20,814 nucleotides of DNA. Origin: Gemmatimonadota bacterium. GTDB lineage: Bacteria > Gemmatimonadota > Gemmatimonadetes > Gemmatimonadales > GWC2-71-9. Position numbers and translations under genes: made by a program. This document shows, piece after piece, positions 9,495-18,196 of this stretch. Each line of letters begins with the position of its first letter. The stretch's first letter is position 1. The stretch lies in assembly GCA_039586365.1 (NCBI GenBank), contig JBDHKN010000079.1, positions 1 through 20,814 of the forward strand, in the 5' to 3' direction. The notes beneath the pieces were generated by a model, which saw only the letters and a list, made by a program, of their open reading frames with translations, was not told the DNA's origin and did not search any database.

Positions 9495-10724
9495 ATGAAA
9501 CAGATATTACCCTCGTTCATCGCTTGCTTGTTCGCGCTCACAGCGAGCATAACGGGCCAGGAGTCACTGTTCAAACCCGAGATTGCGCTCTCTCCACTGG
9601 CTCAAGACGTGTTCTCCTTCATCGAGGAAAACCAAGACAATATCATCGAGGAGTGGATCCGACTCACGGAGATTCCCGCCCCTTCCGGCCACGAACAACA
9701 GAGAGCGCAGTATTTCGTGGAGCAATTTGAGGCGGCCGGATTGGAAGAGATCTCGGTTGACGAAGTTGGCAATGTGGTCGGCATCTGGAGAGGAACCGGT
9801 CAGGGAGAAAAGATCGTGTTCGCACCTCACATGGACACCGTGTTTCAGGATCTCTGGGACATCCAGGTCACACGAGAAGGCAACGTCCTCAAGGCACCAG
9901 GTATCGGAGACAACACGGCCAGTTGCATCAACCTGCTCTGGACTCTGCGCGCCCTCAAACATGCTGGGTTTGCTCCCGTGAATGACTATTACTTTCTCGT
10001 GACTGTCGGGGAAGAAATGGGCAAAGTCGGCATGAAGTTCTACTTCGACAACACCCAAGAACCGTTCGACAAGGTCATCGCGCTCGACGGCGGCCTGGGT
10101 GGAATAACTTATGGAGCGTTTGGATTCGGCGGTCGCGAGGTCACCTTCAGAGGTCCGGGTGCCCACACGTTGTCGAGCAAGGGGGTTCCCAACCCCAACC
10201 TGGCGATGGCCAAAGCAGTGCAGCAGATCTATCAGATCTCCATTCCCACGGAACCGAGAGAGAAGTGGACGGTCCTCAACGTCGGCCTCGTACGAGGTGG
10301 GCGGTCGAGAAACGCGGTCTCCCAGGAAACGACCTTCTATGTCGATCTCAGATCGCACGACCAGGACGAACTCGACAAGGCCGGCCGTCAAATCGATGAA
10401 ATCTGCTACCGGGCGGCGGAGGAAGAGGGTGTCGCGGCTGAAATCACCCGACGAGACGACAAGGCCGCACAGATACCGGGCGCGCGCAACTCGACTCTGG
10501 TGAGAACGGCAGAGGACGTCCTCGAATTCCTAGGTGTAGAGCCCCGACTCAACCCCTGGGGTGTCACGGATGCCAACATCGGAATTAGGCTGGGCATCCC
10601 CTCGATTAGCCTGGGAAGAACCTACAGCCGGGGTGGGCACACGCTGGAAGAGGAAGCCGAGATAGACGGCTTGTTCGTCGGGATGAAACAAGTGGCGCTA
10701 GTGTTTCTGTCCTTGAACCAGTAA
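9495..10724 (+). CDS. Secreted M20/M25/M40 family metallo-hydrolase (peptidase T-like)
   Basis: Signal peptide; IPAPSGHE, HMDTVF, PGIGDN, GEE, GPGAH dimerisation domain, TDAN and GGHTLEE. Confidence 0.92.
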   Translation: MKQILPSFIACLFALTASITGQESLFKPEIALSPLAQDVFSFIEENQDNIIEEWIRLTEIPAPSGHEQQRAQYFVEQFEAAGLEEISVDEVGNVVGIWRGTGQGEKIVFAPHMDTVFQDLWDIQVTREGNVLKAPGIGDNTASCINLLWTLRALKHAGFAPVNDYYFLVTVGEEMGKVGMKFYFDNTQEPFDKVIALDGGLGGITYGAFGFGGREVTFRGPGAHTLSSKGVPNPNLAMAKAVQQIYQISIPTEPREKWTVLNVGLVRGGRSRNAVSQETTFYVDLRSHDQDELDKAGRQIDEICYRAAEEEGVAAEITRRDDKAAQIPGARNSTLVRTAEDVLEFLGVEPRLNPWGVTDANIGIRLGIPSISLGRTYSRGGHTLEEEAEIDGLFVGMKQVALVFLSLNQ

Positions 10725-10773
10725 GGACAGGCACTCCCTAGCACACTACCGCTACTGAGGACCGCGGCGCGAT

Positions 10774-11727
10774 CTAGCCGGCTTCGTTCACCCGCCCCCA
10801 CCAGTCGAGCACGCGGAGAGCCCGCAGCGTGTTCCACCGGCTCGGTTGACCAACCCGCTCCAACTCAAAATAGGTTCTACCCGGGTGGCGATTCTGTAGC
10901 GGCCACCGCCCGTTCTGGCCGCGCTTCTTCAGCATGAGACCGATGGGGTCCTCGAGCCGTCGATCATACCCGACCCCACTTGCTTGGAAGTAATCCAAAG
11001 TCCGTAGCACATCGTGATGCCACCGCGGCGGAAATGAGAACCGGGTAAACGCCGTGTGCACCACTGCCCCGGTCCGGTGGGAACGATACAACCGGTGTCG
11101 CAAGAAGAACTCACGGGCACGTGCTTCGGCGGCGAGCACTTCACGCCGCCGGTCGCCGCCCGTCTCGACATAGTCGCGCAGGCCTTCCAGCACGTTGATC
11201 GTGGTGTGAAACGAACTGTGAACCGCTCCCCCGTCGCGCTGGCAGTTCCACCCGCCGTCGGCCATCTGCTCGCGCAGCAGGTAGTCGACCAACAGTTCCC
11301 GCCGGGGATCGGTAACACTGAACCACGCCAGGAGACCCAGCATGAATCCCGTCACACACGTTTCGCTCCGGTCTTGAGACGCCGTCGGGTTGATCCCCCC
11401 ATCGGCACCCAGGCCTTCGTCGAGCATCAGCAAACAGGAACGCCGCGCCCGGGGCTCACCCGGTGGCAACCCCAGACGTCTGAGCAGCAGCAGTGAGTAC
11501 GTGGTCGAGATCCACTTGTGCCCGTAGAAACGTGCCGTCCAACGTCCTTCACTGTCCTGATGCCGCAGCAGACGCGCACCCCAACCCTGCTCGGCAACTC
11601 GCGCTCGCACTGCTTCCCACTGCCGCCGTGGCTTGCCGAGCAGGTCGCGCATGACCTGCCAGCGGATGGCCACATCGCCTGCCAGCAGCCAATCGATCAC
11701 CTCATTACTAGGAGTGTCATGTTTCAT
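10774..11727 (-). CDS. Conserved hypothetical protein with prenyltransferase/squalene-cyclase-like QW-repeat alpha/alpha barrel
   Basis: QDSEGRW, QMADGGWNC and GRWPL repeats; SSFHTTINVLEGL, FSFPPRWHHDVLR and PSRWNTLRALRVL are typical of this hypothetical family. Confidence 0.8.
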   Translation of the reverse strand: MKHDTPSNEVIDWLLAGDVAIRWQVMRDLLGKPRRQWEAVRARVAEQGWGARLLRHQDSEGRWTARFYGHKWISTTYSLLLLRRLGLPPGEPRARRSCLLMLDEGLGADGGINPTASQDRSETCVTGFMLGLLAWFSVTDPRRELLVDYLLREQMADGGWNCQRDGGAVHSSFHTTINVLEGLRDYVETGGDRRREVLAAEARAREFFLRHRLYRSHRTGAVVHTAFTRFSFPPRWHHDVLRTLDYFQASGVGYDRRLEDPIGLMLKKRGQNGRWPLQNRHPGRTYFELERVGQPSRWNTLRALRVLDWWGRVNEAG

Positions 11728-11843
11728 GTGGTGCGCTCAATGTCGACGGTGAAACTGGAGAACAGGTAATCGAACTCATTCTGATATAGCATCTCCCTGC
11801 TCTCTCTCACGATCGAATTGAGCAGGCCGATCATGTTGAGCAT
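11724..11843 (-). pseudogene. 39-aa small ORF or 3' remnant of a disrupted gene, coupled to the downstream gene by an ATGA overlap
   Basis: MLNMIGLLNSIVRESREMLYQNEFDYLFSSFTVDIERTT*. Its TGA (11726-11724) overlaps the ATG at 11727, and the frame continues upstream past a TAG at 11849-11847. Confidence 0.4.
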
Positions 11844-12243
11844 CCACTACTCAAGTAGCGTGTACCTGAAGTTGGCAGCCGACTCGGCTGCCTCCTGGGA
11901 GCTGCTCGATGTCCTTCGGCGTAGCAGGGACGCTCCCCATACCGTACGGCTCTACTTGACACTGTGAAATCACGTTACAATCGTAACGACACCGCTCACG
12001 CCTAGAACCGTTTGCACGCGGCCCTCCCCTCGAGTTGTCCAAGCCACACAACTGTTAACTGCAGAGTTCAACCAAGATTCGTGTTTTCGCCATGCCCGGA
12101 AAGAGGTGGCGCGCAGCAACCGAGGTCGGCTACGACAAACGGTCCTTGCGGCGCTTCATCGTAGTGCGAGAAGTCGCTTCGAGAACCACTCCGCAGTTGA
12201 TCCTGGTCGAGAACTTCTCCACTACTCCCCCGCGTTGCTCTCG

Positions 12244-14940
12244 TCAGGCTTCCCTCAACGCTTCCACCGGCGCGATCCTACTTGCCCTCCGCGCTGGAAG
12301 CGCAATGGCCGCCACAACCACGGCAAGGAGCAGCGCGGTAACGACCACGGCGGTCGTGAGGTCGCCGGGTTCGACGTTGTACAACAGTGACTGTAGCAGT
12401 CGCGATCCCGCGTAGGCACCCCCTAGCCCCACGACAACTCCAATGAGCACGGGACGGATACCCTGCAGCAACACGAGTCGAAGCACGTCGGCACGCTGTG
12501 CACCCAGTGCGATGCGCACGCCGATCTCGCGTGTCCGCCTGGATACGAGATACGCAGCAACGCCGTACAGTCCGACAGCCGCCAGCGCCACAGCAACTGC
12601 TGCGAAGACCGCCAGCAGCATCAGGTAGAATCGGGTGGGCCCGACAGCACGATCTACCGTGGCCTCCAACGTTCGGATGCCGCGGAGCGGAACGTTCGGA
12701 TCGAGTGTGCGGATCTCTCGACGGATGGACTCGAGTACGTCTGTGACGCCAGGCGCTGTACGCACCACCACCTCCATATACCCGCCCGCCATCTGCGCGT
12801 GGGGAACGTAGATCTCCGGCTCGGGATCGGTTGTCAGGCTGTTCGATCGGATGTCACCCACGACACCGACTACAGTCCATGGCCCTGCAACATCATAGCC
12901 GAAGCTGATGCTGAGTTCTAGCTGCTTGCCGATCGGATCCTGATCGGGGTAGTAACGATCGACCAGGCTCTGACTCACGACTATGGCCCGAGCGACTCCG
13001 TTTCGATCCGCACGCTCGAGCAACCTGCCGCGGGCCAGCGGAATCCTCAGAGCTTCGTGGTATCCAGGAGTCGTGACCCGAATGACCACCTCCTCCTCTT
13101 GACCCGGAGGTGGTGGTTCCCGATCCAGGAATTGCACCCCCGCCCTCGCCCTGGCACTGCCCAACGGGCTGCCAAAGACTGACCCGATGGACTCCACTCC
13201 GGGCAGCCCAAGCATTCCCTGCTCGAACGAACTGAAGAACTGCACTACCTGGTCTGGATCTTGGTACTGTGCATCTGGCAGCGAGAGACGGAAGGTCAGA
13301 ACGTCTTCCTTGTCGAACCCCAAGTCGACTGCGGTCAGCTGTGAGAAGCTACGCAACAACAGTCCAGCACCGAACAACAGCATCAATGAGAGCGCCACTT
13401 CCGCTACGAGCAAGGAAGAACGAGACAGGTCTGTCGCCGAACCAGCCGTTGCCCCTCGCGTGCTCTGATTCAACGCGGCGGAAGCGGACACTCGTGATGA
13501 CCGCAGCGCCGGAGCGAGACCAAAGAGCAGCGCGATCAGGACGACCGCGAGCAATGAGAACACCAGCACATTTGCGTCGATCACGACGTTGTCTGCCCTG
13601 GGCAGCGTTGCTGGCGCTAGGTTGAGCAGCGCCCCAAGTCCGAACCTTGCCAACACCACTCCCACGGCTCCACCCAGCGTAGCCAAGACCACCGCCTCTA
13701 AAAGCAGCTGTTGCACGATCCGACCGCGGCTCGCACCCAAAGCTGAACGCAGCGCCATCTCACCCGACCGGGACGACGCCCGCGCCAGCAGCAGGTTCGC
13801 AACGTTGGCGCAGGCGATCAGCAGCACCATTCCCACAGCACCGAGCAGCACCAACAGCCCGGTACGCACGTCGCCGACCACTTGTTCCTCCAAGGAGATC
13901 ACATTGAACTGTTGATCGTAGTTTTCCTCGGGGAATGCTTGCTCCAATCGGCGCGCTAGGACGGTCGCCTCGCTCCGCGCGGCTCCGAGCGTGGCACCGG
14001 GCGCCAGGCGCGCCACCACCCGAAGCAGATGGCAGTCACGACCGCAATCCTCGGTGTTGAGGTGGAGCGGTATCCACAGTTGAGCCTCGCTCGGGAAATC
14101 GAACCCGGGCGGTGCCACTCCAACTATCTCATGTGCCGCACCTTCGACCTCGAGCTTCCTCCCCACCACACTCGGGTCACCTCCGAATCGCTCCTGCCAG
14201 AACGCGTGGCCGATAACCACCACACGAGGACCATCCGGTATGTTCTCTTCGGTCAGGATGTCCCGTCCCAGGAAAGGTGCCTCCCGAAAGATCCGGAGCA
14301 AACCATCGGTTACCGTGGCCCCGTCCACGACCTCCGCCTCCCCCAACCCGGTTACCGTGAGACCGTAGGCCTGATATCCGGCGGCCGCCTCGATGGACTC
14401 AACTTCCACCTGGATGTCGCGCAGGTCTGGTTGCGACATAGAACTTCTCGTCGTTCCGCGCCCGGACGATGCGGCGTAGATCATCACCAACTCGTCGGGG
14501 TCGTGGTACGGCAGGGGCCGTAAGAGAACCCCGTTCACCACGCTGAAGATGGCAGTGTTTGCTCCGACGCCGAGCGCCAAGGTGAGTATCGCGGCAAGTG
14601 CGAAGCCCGGAGCCAGCCGCAAGTTGCGGAGCGCGTACCTGAGGTCATTGAGGAGGAGGCAGATTCGCTCCCACAACGACATACGTGGAGGTCCACCAGG
14701 ATTCCTTCGCCGGCTCAAGAACTCACTCACCGAATTGCGGTATGCTGCGGGGAGTGACCGCGCTGTATCGCGCAACAGGAAACAGGTCGACCGTAGTGCA
14801 GCCCCTGGCCTCCCCATCTGCCGTTCCCGCAACACGCGGTATTCAGCTAGCTCGAGCATCTCGCTGCCAAACGACTCCCGCAGCGACGCCGGATAGAGCC
14901 ATAGCATAAGCCTGAAGAATCTCGTGGCACTCGACATCAC
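12244..14940 (-). CDS. ABC transporter permease, ADOP / duplicated MacB-FtsX family, with N-terminal prefix domain
   Basis: [13 protein letters not shown]...[55 protein letters not shown] and [16 protein letters not shown]; two MacB_PCD/FtsX halves. Start is GTG 14940 or ATG 14937. Confidence 0.95.
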   Translation of the reverse strand: MMSSATRFFRLMLWLYPASLRESFGSEMLELAEYRVLRERQMGRPGAALRSTCFLLRDTARSLPAAYRNSVSEFLSRRRNPGGPPRMSLWERICLLLNDLRYALRNLRLAPGFALAAILTLALGVGANTAIFSVVNGVLLRPLPYHDPDELVMIYAASSGRGTTRSSMSQPDLRDIQVEVESIEAAAGYQAYGLTVTGLGEAEVVDGATVTDGLLRIFREAPFLGRDILTEENIPDGPRVVVIGHAFWQERFGGDPSVVGRKLEVEGAAHEIVGVAPPGFDFPSEAQLWIPLHLNTEDCGRDCHLLRVVARLAPGATLGAARSEATVLARRLEQAFPEENYDQQFNVISLEEQVVGDVRTGLLVLLGAVGMVLLIACANVANLLLARASSRSGEMALRSALGASRGRIVQQLLLEAVVLATLGGAVGVVLARFGLGALLNLAPATLPRADNVVIDANVLVFSLLAVVLIALLFGLAPALRSSRVSASAALNQSTRGATAGSATDLSRSSLLVAEVALSLMLLFGAGLLLRSFSQLTAVDLGFDKEDVLTFRLSLPDAQYQDPDQVVQFFSSFEQGMLGLPGVESIGSVFGSPLGSARARAGVQFLDREPPPPGQEEEVVIRVTTPGYHEALRIPLARGRLLERADRNGVARAIVVSQSLVDRYYPDQDPIGKQLELSISFGYDVAGPWTVVGVVGDIRSNSLTTDPEPEIYVPHAQMAGGYMEVVVRTAPGVTDVLESIRREIRTLDPNVPLRGIRTLEATVDRAVGPTRFYLMLLAVFAAVAVALAAVGLYGVAAYLVSRRTREIGVRIALGAQRADVLRLVLLQGIRPVLIGVVVGLGGAYAGSRLLQSLLYNVEPGDLTTAVVVTALLLAVVVAAIALPARRASRIAPVEALREA

Positions 14941-15296
14941 ACCGGCCTCGACTCTCCAACGATGCGTTTGTCACGTGCAGCGGCCAGCACGCGGTCCAAC
15001 CGCGCGGCCTCTTGCTTGAGCAAGCGCCGTCCGGTGCGAGTGATGCCATAGTACCGGCGCCGCGGATCATCCGCTTCGGGTGCGGACCGCCGAGCCATTT
15101 CAATCAGCCCATCTGCCAGCATGTTCTTGATGGCGTTGTACAGCGTTCCAGGCCCGAGCTTCACATCGCCGCCCGTGCGTTGCTCGACATCGGCAGCAAT
15201 GCCCAACCCATGCCGATCAGCGTCTGCCAGGGCGAGCAATATGTAGAACACAGAGCTGGTGAGTGGCTTCCCTCCTCCGGCGGCAGCTTTGGCCAT
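14937..15296 (-). CDS. PadR family transcriptional regulator
   Basis: FYILLAL..HGLGI...[13 protein letters not shown]...GLI...[18 protein letters not shown] lies 8 nt before ATG 15296, so the ORF-track start at 15377 is probably too long. The stop overlaps the permease start. Confidence 0.93.
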   Translation of the reverse strand: MAKAAAGGGKPLTSSVFYILLALADADRHGLGIAADVEQRTGGDVKLGPGTLYNAIKNMLADGLIEMARRSAPEADDPRRRYYGITRTGRRLLKQEAARLDRVLAAARDKRIVGESRPV

Positions 15297-15319
15297 GCTT
15301 GCGACTCCTGGAGAGTAAA

Positions 15320-15349
15320 TATCGAATAGCAATATATCGCTATTCGATA
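15320..15349. promoter_or_regulatory. Putative PadR operator: perfect 11-bp inverted repeat straddling a -10 element
   Basis: TATCGAATAGC-aatatatc-GCTATTCGATA; minus-strand TATATT at 15336-15331 lies in the spacer; 24 nt upstream of the PadR start. Confidence 0.7.
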
Positions 15350-15646
15350 GTACGTATAACCTCTCGAGGAGTTTCACACCTCGACGCCGAGCCGACCTCT
15401 TGACGGCGGCGAACTCGTCCCGATCAAGGCGATCCGGCCACGACGACGTAGCCGCAGGCCGTGTCGGAATGGTTCAAGGAACTGAAGCACAACGCCGGAA
15501 ACGAGGAAGGTGACTGTTGGCCGTTCTTTGCGAAGTGGCCGCCGTACCGCGTTGAGGCTGCGGCTCCAACGCCTGAATCGGTCCACCCGTATATCTTAGA
15601 GACCTCAGGGACCACTTAGATCGTACAAACCTTCAGGAGGAACACC

Positions 15647-16612
15647 ATGCTCAGTCGCCGAGAATGGCTTGGGATCACCCTGGGCGCCGGTAGCGCGCTC
15701 GCACTCAACCCGCGACTGCTCCAGGCGCTGCAACAAGGCCAGCTCATCCAGCGCGCCGTCCCGTCAACCGGCGAGATGCTCCCCGTGGTTGGCTTGGGCA
15801 GCTCGGCCACGTTCTCGCGTGTCGCACGCAGCGAAGATGTAGCCGCGCTCAGAGACGTGATCCGAGCGATGGTCGATGGCGGCGCCACAGTCTTCGACAC
15901 GGCTCCCAGCTACGGTGCGTCCGAACAGGTGGCAGGCGACATAGCCAACGAGTTGGGCGTCGCGGACAAGATCTTCTGGGCAACCAAGGTCAACGTTGTC
16001 CCCCGGGGCGAGAGCACGGCGGACCCAGCTGCCGCCCGCGCACAGATCCACGCCTCGTTCCAGAAGTTCCAGGTGCCGAAGATCGACCTCATTCAGGTCC
16101 ACAACCTGGCCGATGTCCCGACGCAGCTCGGGATTCTCAAGGAGTTGAAACAACAAGGCAGCATTCGCTACATCGGCGTGACTACAACCAGCGAACGCCG
16201 CTACGAGGACCTCCAGCAGGTCATGCGCAACGAGTTGCTCGATTTCATCGGCCTCGACTACGCCGTGGACAACCGCGACGTAGAAGAGACGATCCTGCCG
16301 CTTGCCGCCGAGCGCAAGATCGGTGTGTTGGTCTACGTGCCGTTCGGCCGCACGCGGCTATGGCAGCGGGTCGAGGGACGTGAGCTACCGGAGTGGGCGA
16401 GTGAGTTCGACGCCACGACCTGGGCGCAGTTCTTCATCAAGTACGTGATCAGCCACCCGGCAGTCACCGTGGTGACCCCGGCTACCAGTCAGGCGAGGCA
16501 CATGGTGGACAACATCGGGGGTGGGATTGGGCGCCTGCCGAACGAGGCGACGCGGCAGCGCATGGCAGAACTAGTCGATGCCTTGCCGCCCGCGCCGCCG
16601 CGCGGCGGCTAG
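15647..16612 (+). CDS. Aldo/keto reductase with twin-arginine (Tat) signal peptide
   Basis: MLSRREWL plus hydrophobic segment; VVGLGS, FDTAPSYG, ATKV, DLIQVHN and IRYIGVT; AGGAGG ribosome-binding site. Confidence 0.93.
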   Translation: MLSRREWLGITLGAGSALALNPRLLQALQQGQLIQRAVPSTGEMLPVVGLGSSATFSRVARSEDVAALRDVIRAMVDGGATVFDTAPSYGASEQVAGDIANELGVADKIFWATKVNVVPRGESTADPAAARAQIHASFQKFQVPKIDLIQVHNLADVPTQLGILKELKQQGSIRYIGVTTTSERRYEDLQQVMRNELLDFIGLDYAVDNRDVEETILPLAAERKIGVLVYVPFGRTRLWQRVEGRELPEWASEFDATTWAQFFIKYVISHPAVTVVTPATSQARHMVDNIGGGIGRLPNEATRQRMAELVDALPPAPPRGG

Positions 16613-16641
16613 GCGTACGCAGTAGGTGACGGTAGCCCGTA

Positions 16642-16663
16642 ACCCCGGGCGCGAGCCCGGGGT
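16642..16663. terminator. GC hairpin between convergent genes (terminator or REP-like element)
   Basis: ACCCCGGGC-GCGA-GCCCGGGGT, a 9-bp perfect stem with a GNRA loop; no U-tract on either strand. Confidence 0.5.
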
Positions 16664-16704
16664 CGGCGGCGGGTCGAGATCGCCCACCTCCGATCGCAGC
16701 CCAG

Positions 16705-17664
16705 CTACCGTCGAGCCTCTCGAATCGTAATCGTCCCGTCGCCCGTACGCGCAACGAGCAGCGGGCCACCACCGTTCAGCTGGCCGCGGGCTCCGCTGCG
16801 GCCAATGCGGCCCACGATCTGAATCTCTGACTGCACGTTCACGTCCCCACCGTGGAGCTCTAGGTCCGCCCTGAGCGCGGGGTCGGCGTAGACGGTGATA
16901 TCCCCGTCGCCAGTGTGCAGCGCAACCTCTCCTTCAGCCAGCAACTCCAGGTTTATGTCTCCGTCTCCGGTAGTTATGCGAGTCTCGTTGCCACCTACGC
17001 TGACCTTCACATCACCGTCACTGGTTCGCACCGTAATCCTGTCCGCCCGGAGAGATTCTGCGGTTACGTCGCCATCGCTCGTCTCGATCGATAGCTCAGG
17101 TCCACTCAACTCACCAACGACGATGTCCCCGTCAGAGGTGCGTATGTCCACTCGCCCGTCGACCCTACCGATATCTACATCCCCGTCGGCGGTGCGCACG
17201 TCCAAGTCGAACCTTTCCGGGACGGTGATTTGGACGAGGACCCCTACCCCGCGATGCTCACCACGTTCGTAGTCGCGCACGTTGGCGTCCCTGGCCCGCA
17301 CAGTGAGTCGGTCTCCCTCAAGGCCAACTGAGAACCGCATGCGTTCGAATACCTCCCGTCCCCAGTCCACATCGCGTGCTTCGACGTACACCTTGACCGT
17401 AGCCGAGCCATCGCCACCCGACCGCACCTCCACATCACCGTCGCCCACGCTGACCGAAAGCATGCCGCCAGCCGCGACGTCGAAGCTTCGGTCCAACACC
17501 AGATCGCGGGACTCCTGAGCCTGCCCGTCACTGGCAGACGCAACGGAGCTGACCTGGTGCCCTGGACCCGAACGCCGTCCGGGCTTGAGATCGATCTGTG
17601 GAGCTACCAGAGCAACGGTCATGGCACACAGGCCCAGCAGCGTCCAGCGGTACTCGACATCCAT
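16705..17664 (-). CDS. DUF4097 family beta-strand-repeat protein (putative adhesin-like)
   Basis: N-terminal hydrophobic anchor or signal; repeated T[SAG]DGD[VI] units; ITVPE; terminal LNGGGP.L.ARTGDGTITI; GGAGG ribosome-binding site. Confidence 0.88.
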   Translation of the reverse strand: MDVEYRWTLLGLCAMTVALVAPQIDLKPGRRSGPGHQVSSVASASDGQAQESRDLVLDRSFDVAAGGMLSVSVGDGDVEVRSGGDGSATVKVYVEARDVDWGREVFERMRFSVGLEGDRLTVRARDANVRDYERGEHRGVGVLVQITVPERFDLDVRTADGDVDIGRVDGRVDIRTSDGDIVVGELSGPELSIETSDGDVTAESLRADRITVRTSDGDVKVSVGGNETRITTGDGDINLELLAEGEVALHTGDGDITVYADPALRADLELHGGDVNVQSEIQIVGRIGRSGARGQLNGGGPLLVARTGDGTITIREARR

Positions 17665-17699
17665 TATTGCCTCCGGCGATGAGGTGTTGCGCTTTCCCG

Positions 17700-17730
17700 A
17701 TTAGATACCCGGTGGAGTTGGAGCGTTGCA
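17700..17730 (-). promoter_or_regulatory. Candidate ECF sigma promoter
   Basis: Minus strand TGCAAC-N16-GTATCTAAT, about 35 nt upstream of the DUF4097 start. Confidence 0.35.
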
Positions 17731-18144
17731 ACGGTGGCTAGTGGACGACGAGCTGGCTGGTGCGTGTATTCGTTGTGTCTCACAGCACAGCTCGGGCTCC
17801 GGTTGCTTTCAGCCCTCGATGCCAGGGTGTCACACTTCACGCGCGGCGGTCAGTTGACGTCTTTCCACGCCTGGTTGGTTGCCGCATATCAACAGCAGCG
17901 ATAATTGATGGACAGGGGGCCATCTACGTGCGACGACCGACCAATACGCACGTTTCTCGGCGATCATTGCCGCAACCGGCCTCCACGCGTCACCGCCCAA
18001 TACCACCTTGAGTCGTCTCGGGACAGACCGTTCGAGTAGCGCCGCGGATCCCAGCCAGGCTGACGGTCTGCCCCGGCACCGGCCGCCGATGACGGCGACT
18101 TCCCCCATTTCGCACGGCTGCGGCCCGTTTAGTGCAGGGGTCCC

Positions 18145-18196
18145 TGCAATGGGTCCTGCCGCAGGATCCGTGCAACGGGTTCTGGCCCAGAATCTG
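18145..18196. repeat. Tandem 26-bp repeat, each unit a dyad
   Basis: TGCAATGGGTCCTGCCGCAGGATCCG (18145-18170) and TGCAACGGGTTCTGGCCCAGAATCTG (18171-18196), 20/26 identical. Confidence 0.7.

Noticed and set aside
11956..11981. TTGACA and TACAAT as a plus-strand sigma70 promoter
   Set aside because: The spacer is only 14 nt.
15297..15377. N-terminal extension of PadR given by the ORF track
   Set aside because: It runs through the operator and promoter; a good ribosome-binding site precedes ATG 15296.
15374..15620. Short ORFs between PadR and the aldo/keto reductase
   Set aside because: No convincing ribosome-binding site or motif; cannot be supported.
16880..17200. Periodic DNA similarity suggesting a repeat array
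   Set aside because: Explained by the TxDGD[VI] protein repeats of DUF4097; not a CRISPR array.
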